Positions 32,788 to 39,970 of a DNA stretch of 64,000 nt are shown piece by piece. The DNA comes from a bacterium (GTDB lineage: Bacteria > UBP18 > UBA7526), in NCBI GenBank assembly GCA_030619985.1, contig JAUXAI010000002.1, forward strand, positions 167 through 64,166. Reading direction: 5' to 3'. The notes beneath the pieces are model-generated. The model was given only the letters and a program-made list of their open reading frames with translations, searched no databases and was not told the origin of the DNA. Every line of letters begins with the position of its first letter. Position 1 is the first letter of the stretch. The position numbers and the translations under genes were made by a program.

Positions 32788-33354
32788 ATGATTGAAATAC
32801 TTACAGCTATACTTGTCATAGTTACTGGATTTTATGCTTGGGTAACTTTTAAAATTTTAAAGGCAAATGAGTCAGTTCTTAAAGAAATGCGTGGCCAACA
32901 GGAAGCGCTATTTAGGCCATACATCTCTATTTCTCCTGTTGTATACACTGATAATCCAATATTTTTTCTTAAGGTTCACAACACGGGGCGATCATCAGCT
33001 GACAATTTGAGTTTAACAATTGACAAAGATTTTTACCAGTTTGGCGAAAAGAAAGATGACAGAAACTTACGTAATTTCAGTGCATTCTCTAGCAAAATAG
33101 ATAGTTTTGTTCCTAATGCTCAGATGCTTTTTTACTTAGCCCAAGGATTTGTGATTTTCGGTAAAGATGCAAAAAAAGATATAACTCCAAGTATATTTAC
33201 TGTTACTGCGCAGTATGAATTTTCAGGGAAGTCAGTACAAGAGCAAACCGTTATTGATCTTAGACCATACTTCAAGAGTGCTATACCACAAGACCCTATT
33301 GTGTCGAAGTTAAAAGATATAAAGAAAAGTATTGATAAAAAGAAAATCACCTAA
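32788..33354 (+). CDS. Cassette ORF 4: N-terminally anchored hypothetical protein
   Basis: 188 aa with one N-terminal TM helix. Very AT-rich by eye. The TAA stop lies inside the ACCTAAC box. Confidence 0.5.
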   Translation: MIEILTAILVIVTGFYAWVTFKILKANESVLKEMRGQQEALFRPYISISPVVYTDNPIFFLKVHNTGRSSADNLSLTIDKDFYQFGEKKDDRNLRNFSAFSSKIDSFVPNAQMLFYLAQGFVIFGKDAKKDITPSIFTVTAQYEFSGKSVQEQTVIDLRPYFKSAIPQDPIVSKLKDIKKSIDKKKIT

Positions 33355-33434
33355 CAATGGTATCAATCTGGCAGCTTGGCTTGCAGCCAAGTGCCCTCGT
33401 TTCTGTCGGCTGCAGCTTATACCTGTCGTTAGGC
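33349..33434 (+). repeat. attC-like site after ORF 4
   Basis: ACCTAACaatggtatcaatctggcagc ... gctgcagcttatacctgtcGTTAGGC. The arms pair with bulges. Confidence 0.65.
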
Positions 33435-33462
33435 ACACATTAAAATAGATTGCGAGGTTCGT

Positions 33463-33921
33463 ATGAAAATAATTCCTCACAACTTCAGGCATGCCAGAGA
33501 CATTGTCGCATCGAAAGGATTACATGACGAAGTGGATACCATCATAAAGGAGCTGCATCGTGGATGGTTGAAAAAAAAGACTGGCCTTCTTGCTTTTCAA
33601 AAGGAAATCCTCAACAAGTACCGGTGGACACCTGAATATTCCATCGGTATTGAAAATCGAAGATATGCCTATGATGGATTCAAGGAAGGTCTTGCATTTG
33701 AGATTGAATGGAATGTTTCAGAAAAAATACTTGAAGTCATACTAAAAATGCAATTTGGTTTTGTGACAGGCCAGGTCGAAGCTGGCTTGATTGTGAACGT
33801 ACGAAGCGATGCGAAGAATTCGCCCATACCACCAGAAGAAGCCGGTGGTGCAAAAGAGATCGAAGAAATGAAATGCATAATTACTGTGCCACTTTATTTA
33901 GTTGTATTTGGAAAGGATTAA
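33463..33921 (+). CDS. Cassette ORF 5: hypothetical protein, possible PD-(D/E)xK-type nuclease fold
   Basis: 152 aa. YDGFKEGLAFEIEWN gives a D-x8-E-x-E pattern reminiscent of BglII/BamHI-like active sites. This is weak, motif-level evidence only. Confidence 0.4.
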   Translation: MKIIPHNFRHARDIVASKGLHDEVDTIIKELHRGWLKKKTGLLAFQKEILNKYRWTPEYSIGIENRRYAYDGFKEGLAFEIEWNVSEKILEVILKMQFGFVTGQVEAGLIVNVRSDAKNSPIPPEEAGGAKEIEEMKCIITVPLYLVVFGKD

Positions 33922-33944
33922 TACGCATCAAGTGAAAGTGTGGT

Positions 33945-34030
33945 GCCTAACAGTCGCGTGCAGCAGATGACTATGGCTGTCATGCCGGGGCACGCCAGCC
34001 TTGTCACTGCTGAAGCGAAGATCGTTAAAG
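33945..34030 (+). repeat. attC-like site after ORF 5
   Basis: GCCTAACagtcgcgtgcagcagatgac ... gtcactgctgaagcgaagatcGTTAAAG. Confidence 0.6.
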
Positions 34031-34098
34031 AATGTATATGAAATAACAAAAATGCCCAGTAGCAGGACTTCTTTTATCCGCAAACCGTTATGGTCTTC
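34031..34098 (+). other. ORF-less spacer between an attC-like site and junction repeat J1 copy 4 (possible empty cassette)
   Basis: No ORF of useful length. Bounded by GTTAAAG (34024) and the pseudo-dapF-end/J1 copy at 34099. Confidence 0.3.
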
Positions 34099-34167
34099 GT
34101 AAGGATTTTAATAGTTAGAAATAGCCGTAGTTGTAATTTTATTAGTATAGATAAACCTATGTTAGGC
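34099..34167 (+). repeat. Junction repeat J1, copy 4 (full length, with pseudo-dapF 3' end)
   Basis: GTAAGGATTTTAATAGTTAGAAATAGCCGTAGTTGTAATTTTATTAGTATAGATAAACCTATGTTAGGC. Confidence 0.8.
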
Positions 34168-34187
34168 GATAAAAGGAGTAGATAACA

Positions 34188-34631
34188 ATGGTCACATATG
34201 GAATAAATTGGGTTGCTATAGTTGGCATCATTGGAACTTTGGCTGGAGTCTGTGTGGGCGCATTTGTCACTTGGAAGATTCAAGAAAGGCAGTTTAAACA
34301 TTCTGATGCCACACGGTTTCAAAAAGATAGACTTGATACTTATGCACAATATACAGGTGCCGCCAACCTTGCAGTATCTTATTGGATAGTCAACCAACAA
34401 AATCCAGATGCCACTGAAAAGTTTATCGACTTATTTGAGAGGGTACGGTTGGTGGCAACAGATGAAGTTATGAAACACGCCAATTTATTGCATGAGAAAT
34501 TTGGTGAGATTCAAAGACTAGGAAGTGAGACAAAAATACCTGAGAAGAATTTATTAGAATTCAATCTAATTGTTGGAAATTTCGTAAATGCGGCAAGAAA
34601 TGAGTTGCGAATCAGGGAAAACAACTCCTAA
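34188..34631 (+). CDS. Cassette ORF 6: N-terminally anchored hypothetical protein
   Basis: 147 aa, RBS aaaaggag, one N-terminal TM helix then a helical domain. The TAA stop lies inside the TCCTAAC box. Confidence 0.5.
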   Translation: MVTYGINWVAIVGIIGTLAGVCVGAFVTWKIQERQFKHSDATRFQKDRLDTYAQYTGAANLAVSYWIVNQQNPDATEKFIDLFERVRLVATDEVMKHANLLHEKFGEIQRLGSETKIPEKNLLEFNLIVGNFVNAARNELRIRENNS

Positions 34632-34692
34632 CCAGTCACTGCACCCGACCAAAAAACTGGCGCTTTTTGGCGGGTGAGCTTGGATGTTATCT
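34626..34692 (+). repeat. attC-like site after ORF 6
   Basis: TCCTAACcagtcactgcacccgacc ... ggcgggtgagcttggatGTTATCT. Confidence 0.6.
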
Positions 34693-34747
34693 GCAGATCG
34701 TATATTCTGCCGGACTTTGGGTATTCTCTCTGCCCGGACTTATTAGT

Positions 34748-34990
34748 ATGCACAAGAGCCTTGATAATTTCGCAATTCCAAAAGTCAATTTTTTGGTTTA
34801 TGGGGGATTTTCATTTTTAGTAGTAATCCTTGCAATTCTTACTACAATAAATTTTTTCGTTTCTCCGTATAAATCGATATGGAAATTAATAGGTGAGAAT
34901 GTTTGGACACCTATCCTAATATTTCTTGGTATCCTTGTAGTTGGTAACATCGGAAGAGTAGCTGTCATGTCTAAATTTATGAAAAAATAA
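34748..34990 (+). CDS. Cassette ORF 7: small membrane protein (start uncertain)
   Basis: The ORF-track start (TTG 34667) lies inside the preceding attC-like site. ATG 34748 gives an ~80-aa two-TM protein. No clear RBS. Confidence 0.35.
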   Translation: MHKSLDNFAIPKVNFLVYGGFSFLVVILAILTTINFFVSPYKSIWKLIGENVWTPILIFLGILVVGNIGRVAVMSKFMKK

Positions 34991-34994
34991 TTTC

Positions 34995-35049
34995 TCATAA
35001 CAAGGCGCTACACCTGACTGTTACCCACCGCTAATTTCGAATGTTAAGT
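34995..35049 (+). repeat. Short, weak attC-like site after ORF 7
   Basis: TCATAAC ... GTTAAGT 55 nt apart. Internal pairing is poor by eye. Confidence 0.3.
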
Positions 35050-35072
35050 GCTCAGAAAAGAAAGGATTAAGG

Positions 35073-35630
35073 ATGTCATTGCTGAAATTGCTTTTCTCAC
35101 GGAAGTTCAGAACCCTGAGAAAATTACTGTTTGAAGTCCGAATGTTTTGGCCACCATCCCAAGCTGATGATTTTCTCAGCAAACTCCGATTCTTCTCATT
35201 CCTTTTCTACAGTCACGGATTTCTGGGTGTGAATCAAATTCCTGCATTTCCCAATGCATACAAAAATATCACCCCTGATGTGTTTAGAAAAACGTACATC
35301 GTTCTGCCGTTCTACTTTGCCCTACGGTCGGGACTACAAGACTCTAGCTTGACTTCGGTTGAACAGCTAGTAGTCACGCTCTCTCAAAAGTACCCGACTC
35401 TAGACGCTGACATTCTGCAACGACTTTCGTCGGAATGGCAAGACGCGAATCGTGAGGAACTGGATAGACTTCTGTATGAGCAATTCAAAGCTCAAGGGGT
35501 TTTTCGCAAGGTCTTTACTGCAACGGATGCCGAAGTTGAAAAGTGGTTTGGGAATTTCCTCAACCAAACATTTGACCACGCCATGCAGTTTTCAGTTTCA
35601 AGAAGTTCAGCGTCTGCGAATAACACCTAA
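35073..35630 (+). CDS. Cassette ORF 8: hypothetical protein
   Basis: 185 aa, RBS aaaggattaagg. The TAA stop lies inside the ACCTAAC box. Confidence 0.45.
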   Translation: MSLLKLLFSRKFRTLRKLLFEVRMFWPPSQADDFLSKLRFFSFLFYSHGFLGVNQIPAFPNAYKNITPDVFRKTYIVLPFYFALRSGLQDSSLTSVEQLVVTLSQKYPTLDADILQRLSSEWQDANREELDRLLYEQFKAQGVFRKVFTATDAEVEKWFGNFLNQTFDHAMQFSVSRSSASANNT

Positions 35631-35698
35631 CTAGAGCATTCAGGCGACTTGGTGTTCCGCGCTGCCCCACACCAAGCGCCTTATTCCGAGCGTTATCT
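35625..35698 (+). repeat. attC-like site after ORF 8
   Basis: ACCTAACtagagcattcaggcgacttggtgt ... acaccaagcgccttattccgagcGTTATCT. Confidence 0.65.
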
Positions 35699-35730
35699 AC
35701 TATTTTACAACATCAGAATTTAGGATTTTG
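35692..35730 (+). repeat. Junction repeat J2, copy B (diverged)
   Basis: GTTATCTACTATTTTACAACATCAGAATTTAGGATTTTG. Confidence 0.6.
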
Positions 35731-35740
35731 CCAAAATATT

Positions 35741-35781
35741 GTAAGGTCTAGCTTGTTAGTACAGATAAACCTATGTTAGGA
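35741..35781 (+). repeat. Junction repeat J1, copy 5 (internally deleted)
   Basis: GTAAGGtctagcttGTTAGTACAGATAAACCTATGTTAGGA. The downstream ATTTCAT matches copy 1. Confidence 0.7.
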
Positions 35782-35819
35782 TTTCATTGATAGAATTAAT
35801 TCAATCCAAGGAGGTTGAG

Positions 35820-36206
35820 ATGGTTACGGTAGCAGATATTATGACTCGGGAAGTTGTTACCATCCAAGCAAAAGCACCTTTACGAGAGGCTTTATTCAAG
35901 CTGGTCCAAAATAAGATCAGCGGTCTGCCGGTGGTTAACCAAAAGAATGAGCTGGTGGGAATTATTACCGAGAAGGATATGTTAAATTTCATTCTCAGTG
36001 GCAGTCTGCCTCAGACTGTGGTAAAAGAGGCCATGACCAAAGAGGTGATATGCTTCCCTCCTGACACACCCTATGAAAAGCTTTGCCTCAGCTTGATTGA
36101 ACACAACTTCCGGCGCATTCCGATTGTGGAGGGGAAAAAAGTGGTGGGAATCGTAGCCAGGAGAGATTTGCTCCGCGAAATTTCTCGATTTTATGGTCAG
36201 AAGTGA
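35820..36206 (+). CDS. Cassette ORF 9: CBS-domain pair protein
   Basis: VADIMTREVVT...ISGLPVV....LVGIITEKD and ...FRRIPIVEGKKVVGIVARRDL give two CBS motifs. Start moved to ATG 35820 after aaggagg. Confidence 0.7.
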   Translation: MVTVADIMTREVVTIQAKAPLREALFKLVQNKISGLPVVNQKNELVGIITEKDMLNFILSGSLPQTVVKEAMTKEVICFPPDTPYEKLCLSLIEHNFRRIPIVEGKKVVGIVARRDLLREISRFYGQK

Positions 36207-36226
36207 AGGATTTGGTTATAGACAAA

Positions 36227-36293
36227 TCCTAACCCATCGCTCCACTCGACCGTGACTGCTCCGCTGCCCCGGCGAGTGAGATTATTGTTATCT
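36227..36293 (+). repeat. attC-like site after the CBS cassette
   Basis: TCCTAACccatcgctccactcgacc ... ggcgagtgagattattGTTATCT. Confidence 0.6.
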
Positions 36294-36329
36294 GCCATTT
36301 TGCAGCATCAGAATTTGAATAGCTTTATC
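36287..36329 (+). repeat. Junction repeat J2, copy C
   Basis: GTTATCTGCCATTTTGCAGCATCAGAATTTGAATAGCTTTATC, followed by a host-type ATCTGTG leader copy up to 36385. Confidence 0.8.
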
Positions 36330-36430
36330 AGTGCTAATCCGTGTCATTTAATCTGTGCTAATCTGTGAAGATTGCCGAACCCCGCACCAGAACAAGTTCG
36401 GTGCGGGACAGGCTCCGTGAGGCTTATCTT

Positions 36431-36457
36431 ATTAGTACAGATAAACCTATGTTGGGC
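36431..36457 (+). repeat. Junction repeat J1, copy 6 (3' part)
   Basis: ATTAGTACAGATAAACCTATGTTGGGC. Confidence 0.7.
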
Positions 36458-36497
36458 AATCAACCGACGCACAATAGCACAACGGAAAGGAGGAGGT

Positions 36498-36908
36498 ATG
36501 AAGAGACCTACAGTGATTATTGCCGTATTGATGATGCTGACTGTTGGAGTATCATTCCTTGGCTGTTCAAAGCGGGAACAAGGAGCCGTGTTGCTTCAGG
36601 AGGAGCTTGGCACGAGCAAACAAGAAGCCCTAGCCACAAGCGCAAAGGAAGTTGGTGAGTCCGCGCGTACGACAAAGACCAGCGCGGAATTTGTTCTCAA
36701 AAACAAAACTTCATTCTGGTTGACGCTATCTATTGATGGGGAGAAGAGCTGTTCAGCGCCTCCAGGCGATCAATGCGTCGATCTTGTTACCCCTGGATGG
36801 CACAACCTGAAGGCCGAGGAAACATTAAATCCTGAAAATTATGTCACCAGGACTGCTGATATTCCACCTGAGGGCGCAATATGGACAATTACTGAAAAGA
36901 AAAAGTAA
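36498..36908 (+). CDS. Cassette ORF 10: lipoprotein
   Basis: ATG 36498 follows aaaggaggagg. MKRPTVIIAVLMMLTVGVSFLGC has a lipobox. The upstream part of ORF 36372.. is junction-repeat sequence. Confidence 0.6.
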   Translation: MKRPTVIIAVLMMLTVGVSFLGCSKREQGAVLLQEELGTSKQEALATSAKEVGESARTTKTSAEFVLKNKTSFWLTLSIDGEKSCSAPPGDQCVDLVTPGWHNLKAEETLNPENYVTRTADIPPEGAIWTITEKKK

Positions 36909-36968
36909 AAATTTGTGACAAAATAAGACGAAGGAATTCAATAAGAACTCGTTTAGAAAGGAGGTAAT

Positions 36969-37208
36969 GTGATGTCCACCGTTTCGATTATCTTCGGGAT
37001 CTTGGCAGTATTAGGTTACTTTGTGTTCGTTTTGAGTTGGGGCCAACCGTCCTGGGTTTTCTGGGGGTCGATCGCGGCCAGCGCGATTGCCATCGTCACA
37101 GGCTTCTTGACCAGGACCGCTCGCCGCGGAAAGATCGGGCTCATTCTAGGAGCTTTTGGCGTGGTCGTTGGGATCCTCATGATTCTGTATTTCACTTTTA
37201 CTGTCTAA
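36969..37208 (+). CDS. Cassette ORF 11: small two-TM membrane protein
   Basis: 79 aa, RBS aaaggagg. No attC-like site separates it from ORF 10, so they may form a two-gene cassette. The TAA stop lies inside the GTCTAAC box. Confidence 0.5.
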   Translation: MMSTVSIIFGILAVLGYFVFVLSWGQPSWVFWGSIAASAIAIVTGFLTRTARRGKIGLILGAFGVVVGILMILYFTFTV

Positions 37209-37270
37209 CAAGTCGTTGCAACGGACCCTAAACCACGTCGGGTTTAGGGCTCATGCTGGCGAGGTTATAA
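37203..37270 (+). repeat. attC-like site after ORFs 10-11
   Basis: GTCTAACaagtcg ... central perfect hairpin ccctaaacc/ggtttaggg ... ggcgagGTTATAA. Confidence 0.5.
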
Positions 37271-37283
37271 TCTTTCGGCATTG

Positions 37284-37307
37284 TCATGTACCCAACGTGG
37301 TACATGA
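37284..37307 (+). terminator. Perfect 9-bp hairpin at the right edge of the island
   Basis: tcatgtacc-caacgt-ggtacatga. No U-tract follows, so a terminator function is uncertain. Confidence 0.3.
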
Positions 37308-37326
37308 GAGCCACTGAACTCATTTC

Positions 37327-37369
37327 GTTATCTGCCATTTTACACCATCAAAATTTGAATAGCTTTATC
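37327..37369 (+). repeat. Junction repeat J2, copy D (right island boundary, upstream of the dapL-like gene)
   Basis: GTTATCTGCCATTTTACACCATCAAAATTTGAATAGCTTTATC. Confidence 0.8.
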
Positions 37370-37434
37370 TGTGCCCATCTGTGCTTTAGAATCTGTGCTC
37401 ATCTGTGCAGATGGCCGAGCCCCGCGAGGACATA

Positions 37435-38598
37435 ATGATTAAAAGAGCCCGAAGGATAGAGAAACTACCCGTTTACCTCTTTGCCCAGATCGATAGGGCG
37501 AAGAGAGAAGCCATTGCCAAAGGTGTGGATATCATTGACTTCGGAGTGGGGGATCCCGATCTCCCTACCCCTAATCATATCATTGAGGCATTATACAGAG
37601 CCGCCCAGGACCCTAAGAATCATAGGTACCCTTCTTATGAAGGAATGCTCAAATTCCGGGAAGCGGTTGCTTCCTGGTATAAGAAGAGATTTAATGTAGA
37701 ACTGGATCCAGAGAGAGAAGTCCTTACCCTGATCGGAGCCAAAGAGGGGATAGGTCATCTTCCTTTAGCCTTTATAAATGAGGGAGATATCGCCCTCATT
37801 CCCGATCCGGGTTATCCCGTCTATCGGGCGGGAGTGACCTTTGCTGCTGGAATTTCCCATCCCATGCCTTTATTGAGGGAAAATGATTTCCTACCAGATT
37901 TGGGGACCATTGATAGAAAGATCGCTAAGAAAGCAAAATTAATCTTTCTGAACTATCCCAATAATCCCATCTCTAGCGTAGCGAATAAAGATTTCTTCAG
38001 GAAAGTGGTTACATTCGCTAAGGAGAATGATGTTATCGTCTGTCATGATGCCACCTATTCCGAGCTGGGCTACGAGGGCTATAAGCCACCCAGTTTCTTG
38101 GAGATAGCAGGAGCGAAGGAGGTGGGAATAGAATTCCACTCCTTGTCTAAGACCTATAATATGACCGGCTGGAGAATAGGCTTTGCCGTTGGCAATAGTG
38201 ATATCTTGGCTGGGTTGGGAAGCATAAAGACCAATATCGATTCCGGGGTCTTCCAGGCCATTCAGTATGCTGGCATTGAGGCCTTGACTGGTCCCCAGGA
38301 GTGCATCGAAAAGAATGTTGACACTTATAGGGAGAGAAGGGATATCTTGGTAAATGGATTGAATAGACTGGGTTGGGATGTTCCTCTACCAAAGGTAGCC
38401 TTCTACGTCTGGATTCCCGTGCCCAAAGGATATACTTCAGCCAAAATCTGCGAAACTCTTTTGAATAAATGCGGAATCGTCATGACCCCGGGGAACGGTT
38501 TTGGTAAATCTGGCGAAGGTTATATTCGGGCGGCTCTCACAGTCGATAAGTCAAGAATAGAAGAAGCGATAAAAAGAATAGAGAATTTAAAACTTTGA
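37435..38598 (+). CDS. Class I aminotransferase, probable LL-diaminopimelate aminotransferase
   Basis: IEKLPVYLFAQIDR, DFGVGDPDLPTP, NYPNNP and SLSKTYNMTGWRIGF are present. The dapF neighbourhood supports the call. Start moved to ATG 37435. Confidence 0.6.
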   Translation: MIKRARRIEKLPVYLFAQIDRAKREAIAKGVDIIDFGVGDPDLPTPNHIIEALYRAAQDPKNHRYPSYEGMLKFREAVASWYKKRFNVELDPEREVLTLIGAKEGIGHLPLAFINEGDIALIPDPGYPVYRAGVTFAAGISHPMPLLRENDFLPDLGTIDRKIAKKAKLIFLNYPNNPISSVANKDFFRKVVTFAKENDVIVCHDATYSELGYEGYKPPSFLEIAGAKEVGIEFHSLSKTYNMTGWRIGFAVGNSDILAGLGSIKTNIDSGVFQAIQYAGIEALTGPQECIEKNVDTYRERRDILVNGLNRLGWDVPLPKVAFYVWIPVPKGYTSAKICETLLNKCGIVMTPGNGFGKSGEGYIRAALTVDKSRIEEAIKRIENLKL

Positions 38599-38614
38599 TA
38601 AGGAGATTATAGAG

Positions 38615-39865
38615 ATGGAAGAGAGATTGAATTCTTTTCAGATTGGACTGAAATTACTGGATAGGGCAGCGGAAAAACTTAAACTCGATCCCGGCTTGCA
38701 TAAGAAGCTCAGGTATCCCAAGAGACAGCTCATTGTCTCCATTCCAGTGAAGATGGACGATGGTTCCTTAGAGGTATTCACTGGTTATCGGGTACAGCAT
38801 AATGTGGATCGTGGCCCGGCAAAAGGGGGGATAAGATATCATCCCACGGTTACCCTGGATGAGATAAAGGCCCTGGCCATGGCCATGACCTGGAAGTGCG
38901 CTGTAGTGGGCATCCCTTATGGAGGAGCAAAAGGAGGGGTGAAGTGCAATCCAAAGGAGATGTCTCTGGGAGAGATAGAGAGACTGACCAGGAGATATAC
39001 CTATGAGATCTCGGTCATCATCGGACCAGAGAAGGACATTCCGGCACCCGATGTCTATACCGATTCCCAGACCATGTCCTGGATGATGGATACCTATTCC
39101 ATGGCCCAGGGTTTTACTGTTCCTGGGGTAGTGACTGGGAAGCCACTGGCGCTGGGTGGTACCAGGGGTAGAAAGGATGCTACCTCCTGGGGAGTGGTAT
39201 TTGTTATCCAACAGGCCATTCAACATCTTGGTCTAAACCTTAAAGGGGCAACCATAGCAGTCCAGGGATATGGTGCAGCCGGTGCTGGAATAGTCCGGAT
39301 CTTAGGAGAGAAGGGTGCCCGAATAATCGCTGTTTCTGATTCCCGGGGAGGGATCTATAATGGGAAAGGCCTCGATCCTACTAAACTCGCGGAATATAAG
39401 AGTAGAACCGGCTCGGTGAAGGAATATGAAAGAGGAGAAGCAGTCTCCAATGAAGAGCTTCTGGAACTGAAATGTGATGTTTTGGTCCCCGCCGCCTTAG
39501 AAAACCAGATCACAGAAGAGAATGTGGAAAGAATAAAGGCTAAGATTATTGCCGAGGCGGCCAATGGGCCGACTACTCCTGGAGCGGATGAGATACTGGC
39601 TAAGAATAAGATATTCGTCATTCCGGATATCTTAGCCAATGCTGGTGGGGTAACGGTCAGTTATTTTGAATGGATGCAGGACCTTCAGTCCCACTTCTGG
39701 ACAGAGGAAGAGGTGAATGCTCAATTAGAGAAGGTGATGGTGAAGGGTTTTCAGGATGTCTTGAAGGTTTCTCGAGAAGAGCGCGTAGATATGAGGACCG
39801 CTGCCTATATGTTAGCCGTTTCTCGAGTGGCAGAGGCTACGAGGTTAAGGGGAATCTATCCCTGA
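38615..39865 (+). CDS. gdh: Glutamate dehydrogenase, copy 2
   Basis: Same motifs as copy 1, with long identical blocks (YRVQHNVDRGPAKGGIRYHP, AAYMLAVSRVAEATRLRGIYP). Confidence 0.9.
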   Translation: MEERLNSFQIGLKLLDRAAEKLKLDPGLHKKLRYPKRQLIVSIPVKMDDGSLEVFTGYRVQHNVDRGPAKGGIRYHPTVTLDEIKALAMAMTWKCAVVGIPYGGAKGGVKCNPKEMSLGEIERLTRRYTYEISVIIGPEKDIPAPDVYTDSQTMSWMMDTYSMAQGFTVPGVVTGKPLALGGTRGRKDATSWGVVFVIQQAIQHLGLNLKGATIAVQGYGAAGAGIVRILGEKGARIIAVSDSRGGIYNGKGLDPTKLAEYKSRTGSVKEYERGEAVSNEELLELKCDVLVPAALENQITEENVERIKAKIIAEAANGPTTPGADEILAKNKIFVIPDILANAGGVTVSYFEWMQDLQSHFWTEEEVNAQLEKVMVKGFQDVLKVSREERVDMRTAAYMLAVSRVAEATRLRGIYP

Positions 39866-39970
39866 ACGCAGATGACCGCAGATCCAAACGCAGATGATCG
39901 CAGATATCTGTGCCAATCTGTATCTTTTAATCTGTGTTAATCTGTGTGCCGACTAAAAGGAGGCAAGAAG
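39866..39970. repeat. Word-repeat inverted repeat, CGCAGAT/ATCTGTG
   Basis: acgcagatgaccgcagatccaaacgcagatgatcgcagat / atctgtgccaatctgtatcttttaatctgtgttaatctgtg. Confidence 0.8.

Larger units (their letters stand above)
30304..37369 (+). mobile_element. Integron-like gene cassette array without integrase in the window (CALIN-like island) between dapF and the dapL-like gene
   Basis: 11 co-oriented short ORFs, about 10 attC-like imperfect palindromes (RYYYAAC...GTTRRRY) and stop codons inside the first box. Composition is heterogeneous by eye, and the host-type word-repeat spacers are absent. Confidence 0.6.

Noticed and set aside
34667-34747. TTG 34667 as the start of cassette ORF 7
   Set aside because: That start lies inside the attC-like palindrome 34626-34692 of the previous cassette. 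ATG 34748 gives a compact two-TM protein, though no clear RBS supports either start, so confidence is kept low.
36365-36497. ORFs 36365..36658 and the 5' part of 36372..36908 spanning the J2/leader/J1 junction
   Set aside because: They read through junction repeats and a GC hairpin. A strong RBS (aaaggaggagg), ATG 36498 and a lipoprotein signal define the real start. The apparent similarity of (M)KIAEPR to the MQMAEPR upstream of the dapL-like gene is due to the duplicated leader DNA.
30304-37369. Calling the island a complete integron
   Set aside because: No tyrosine recombinase or intI-like ORF exists on either strand in the window, and dapF directly abuts the first repeat. Only a cassette array (CALIN-like) can be supported, so any integrase must be sought elsewhere.
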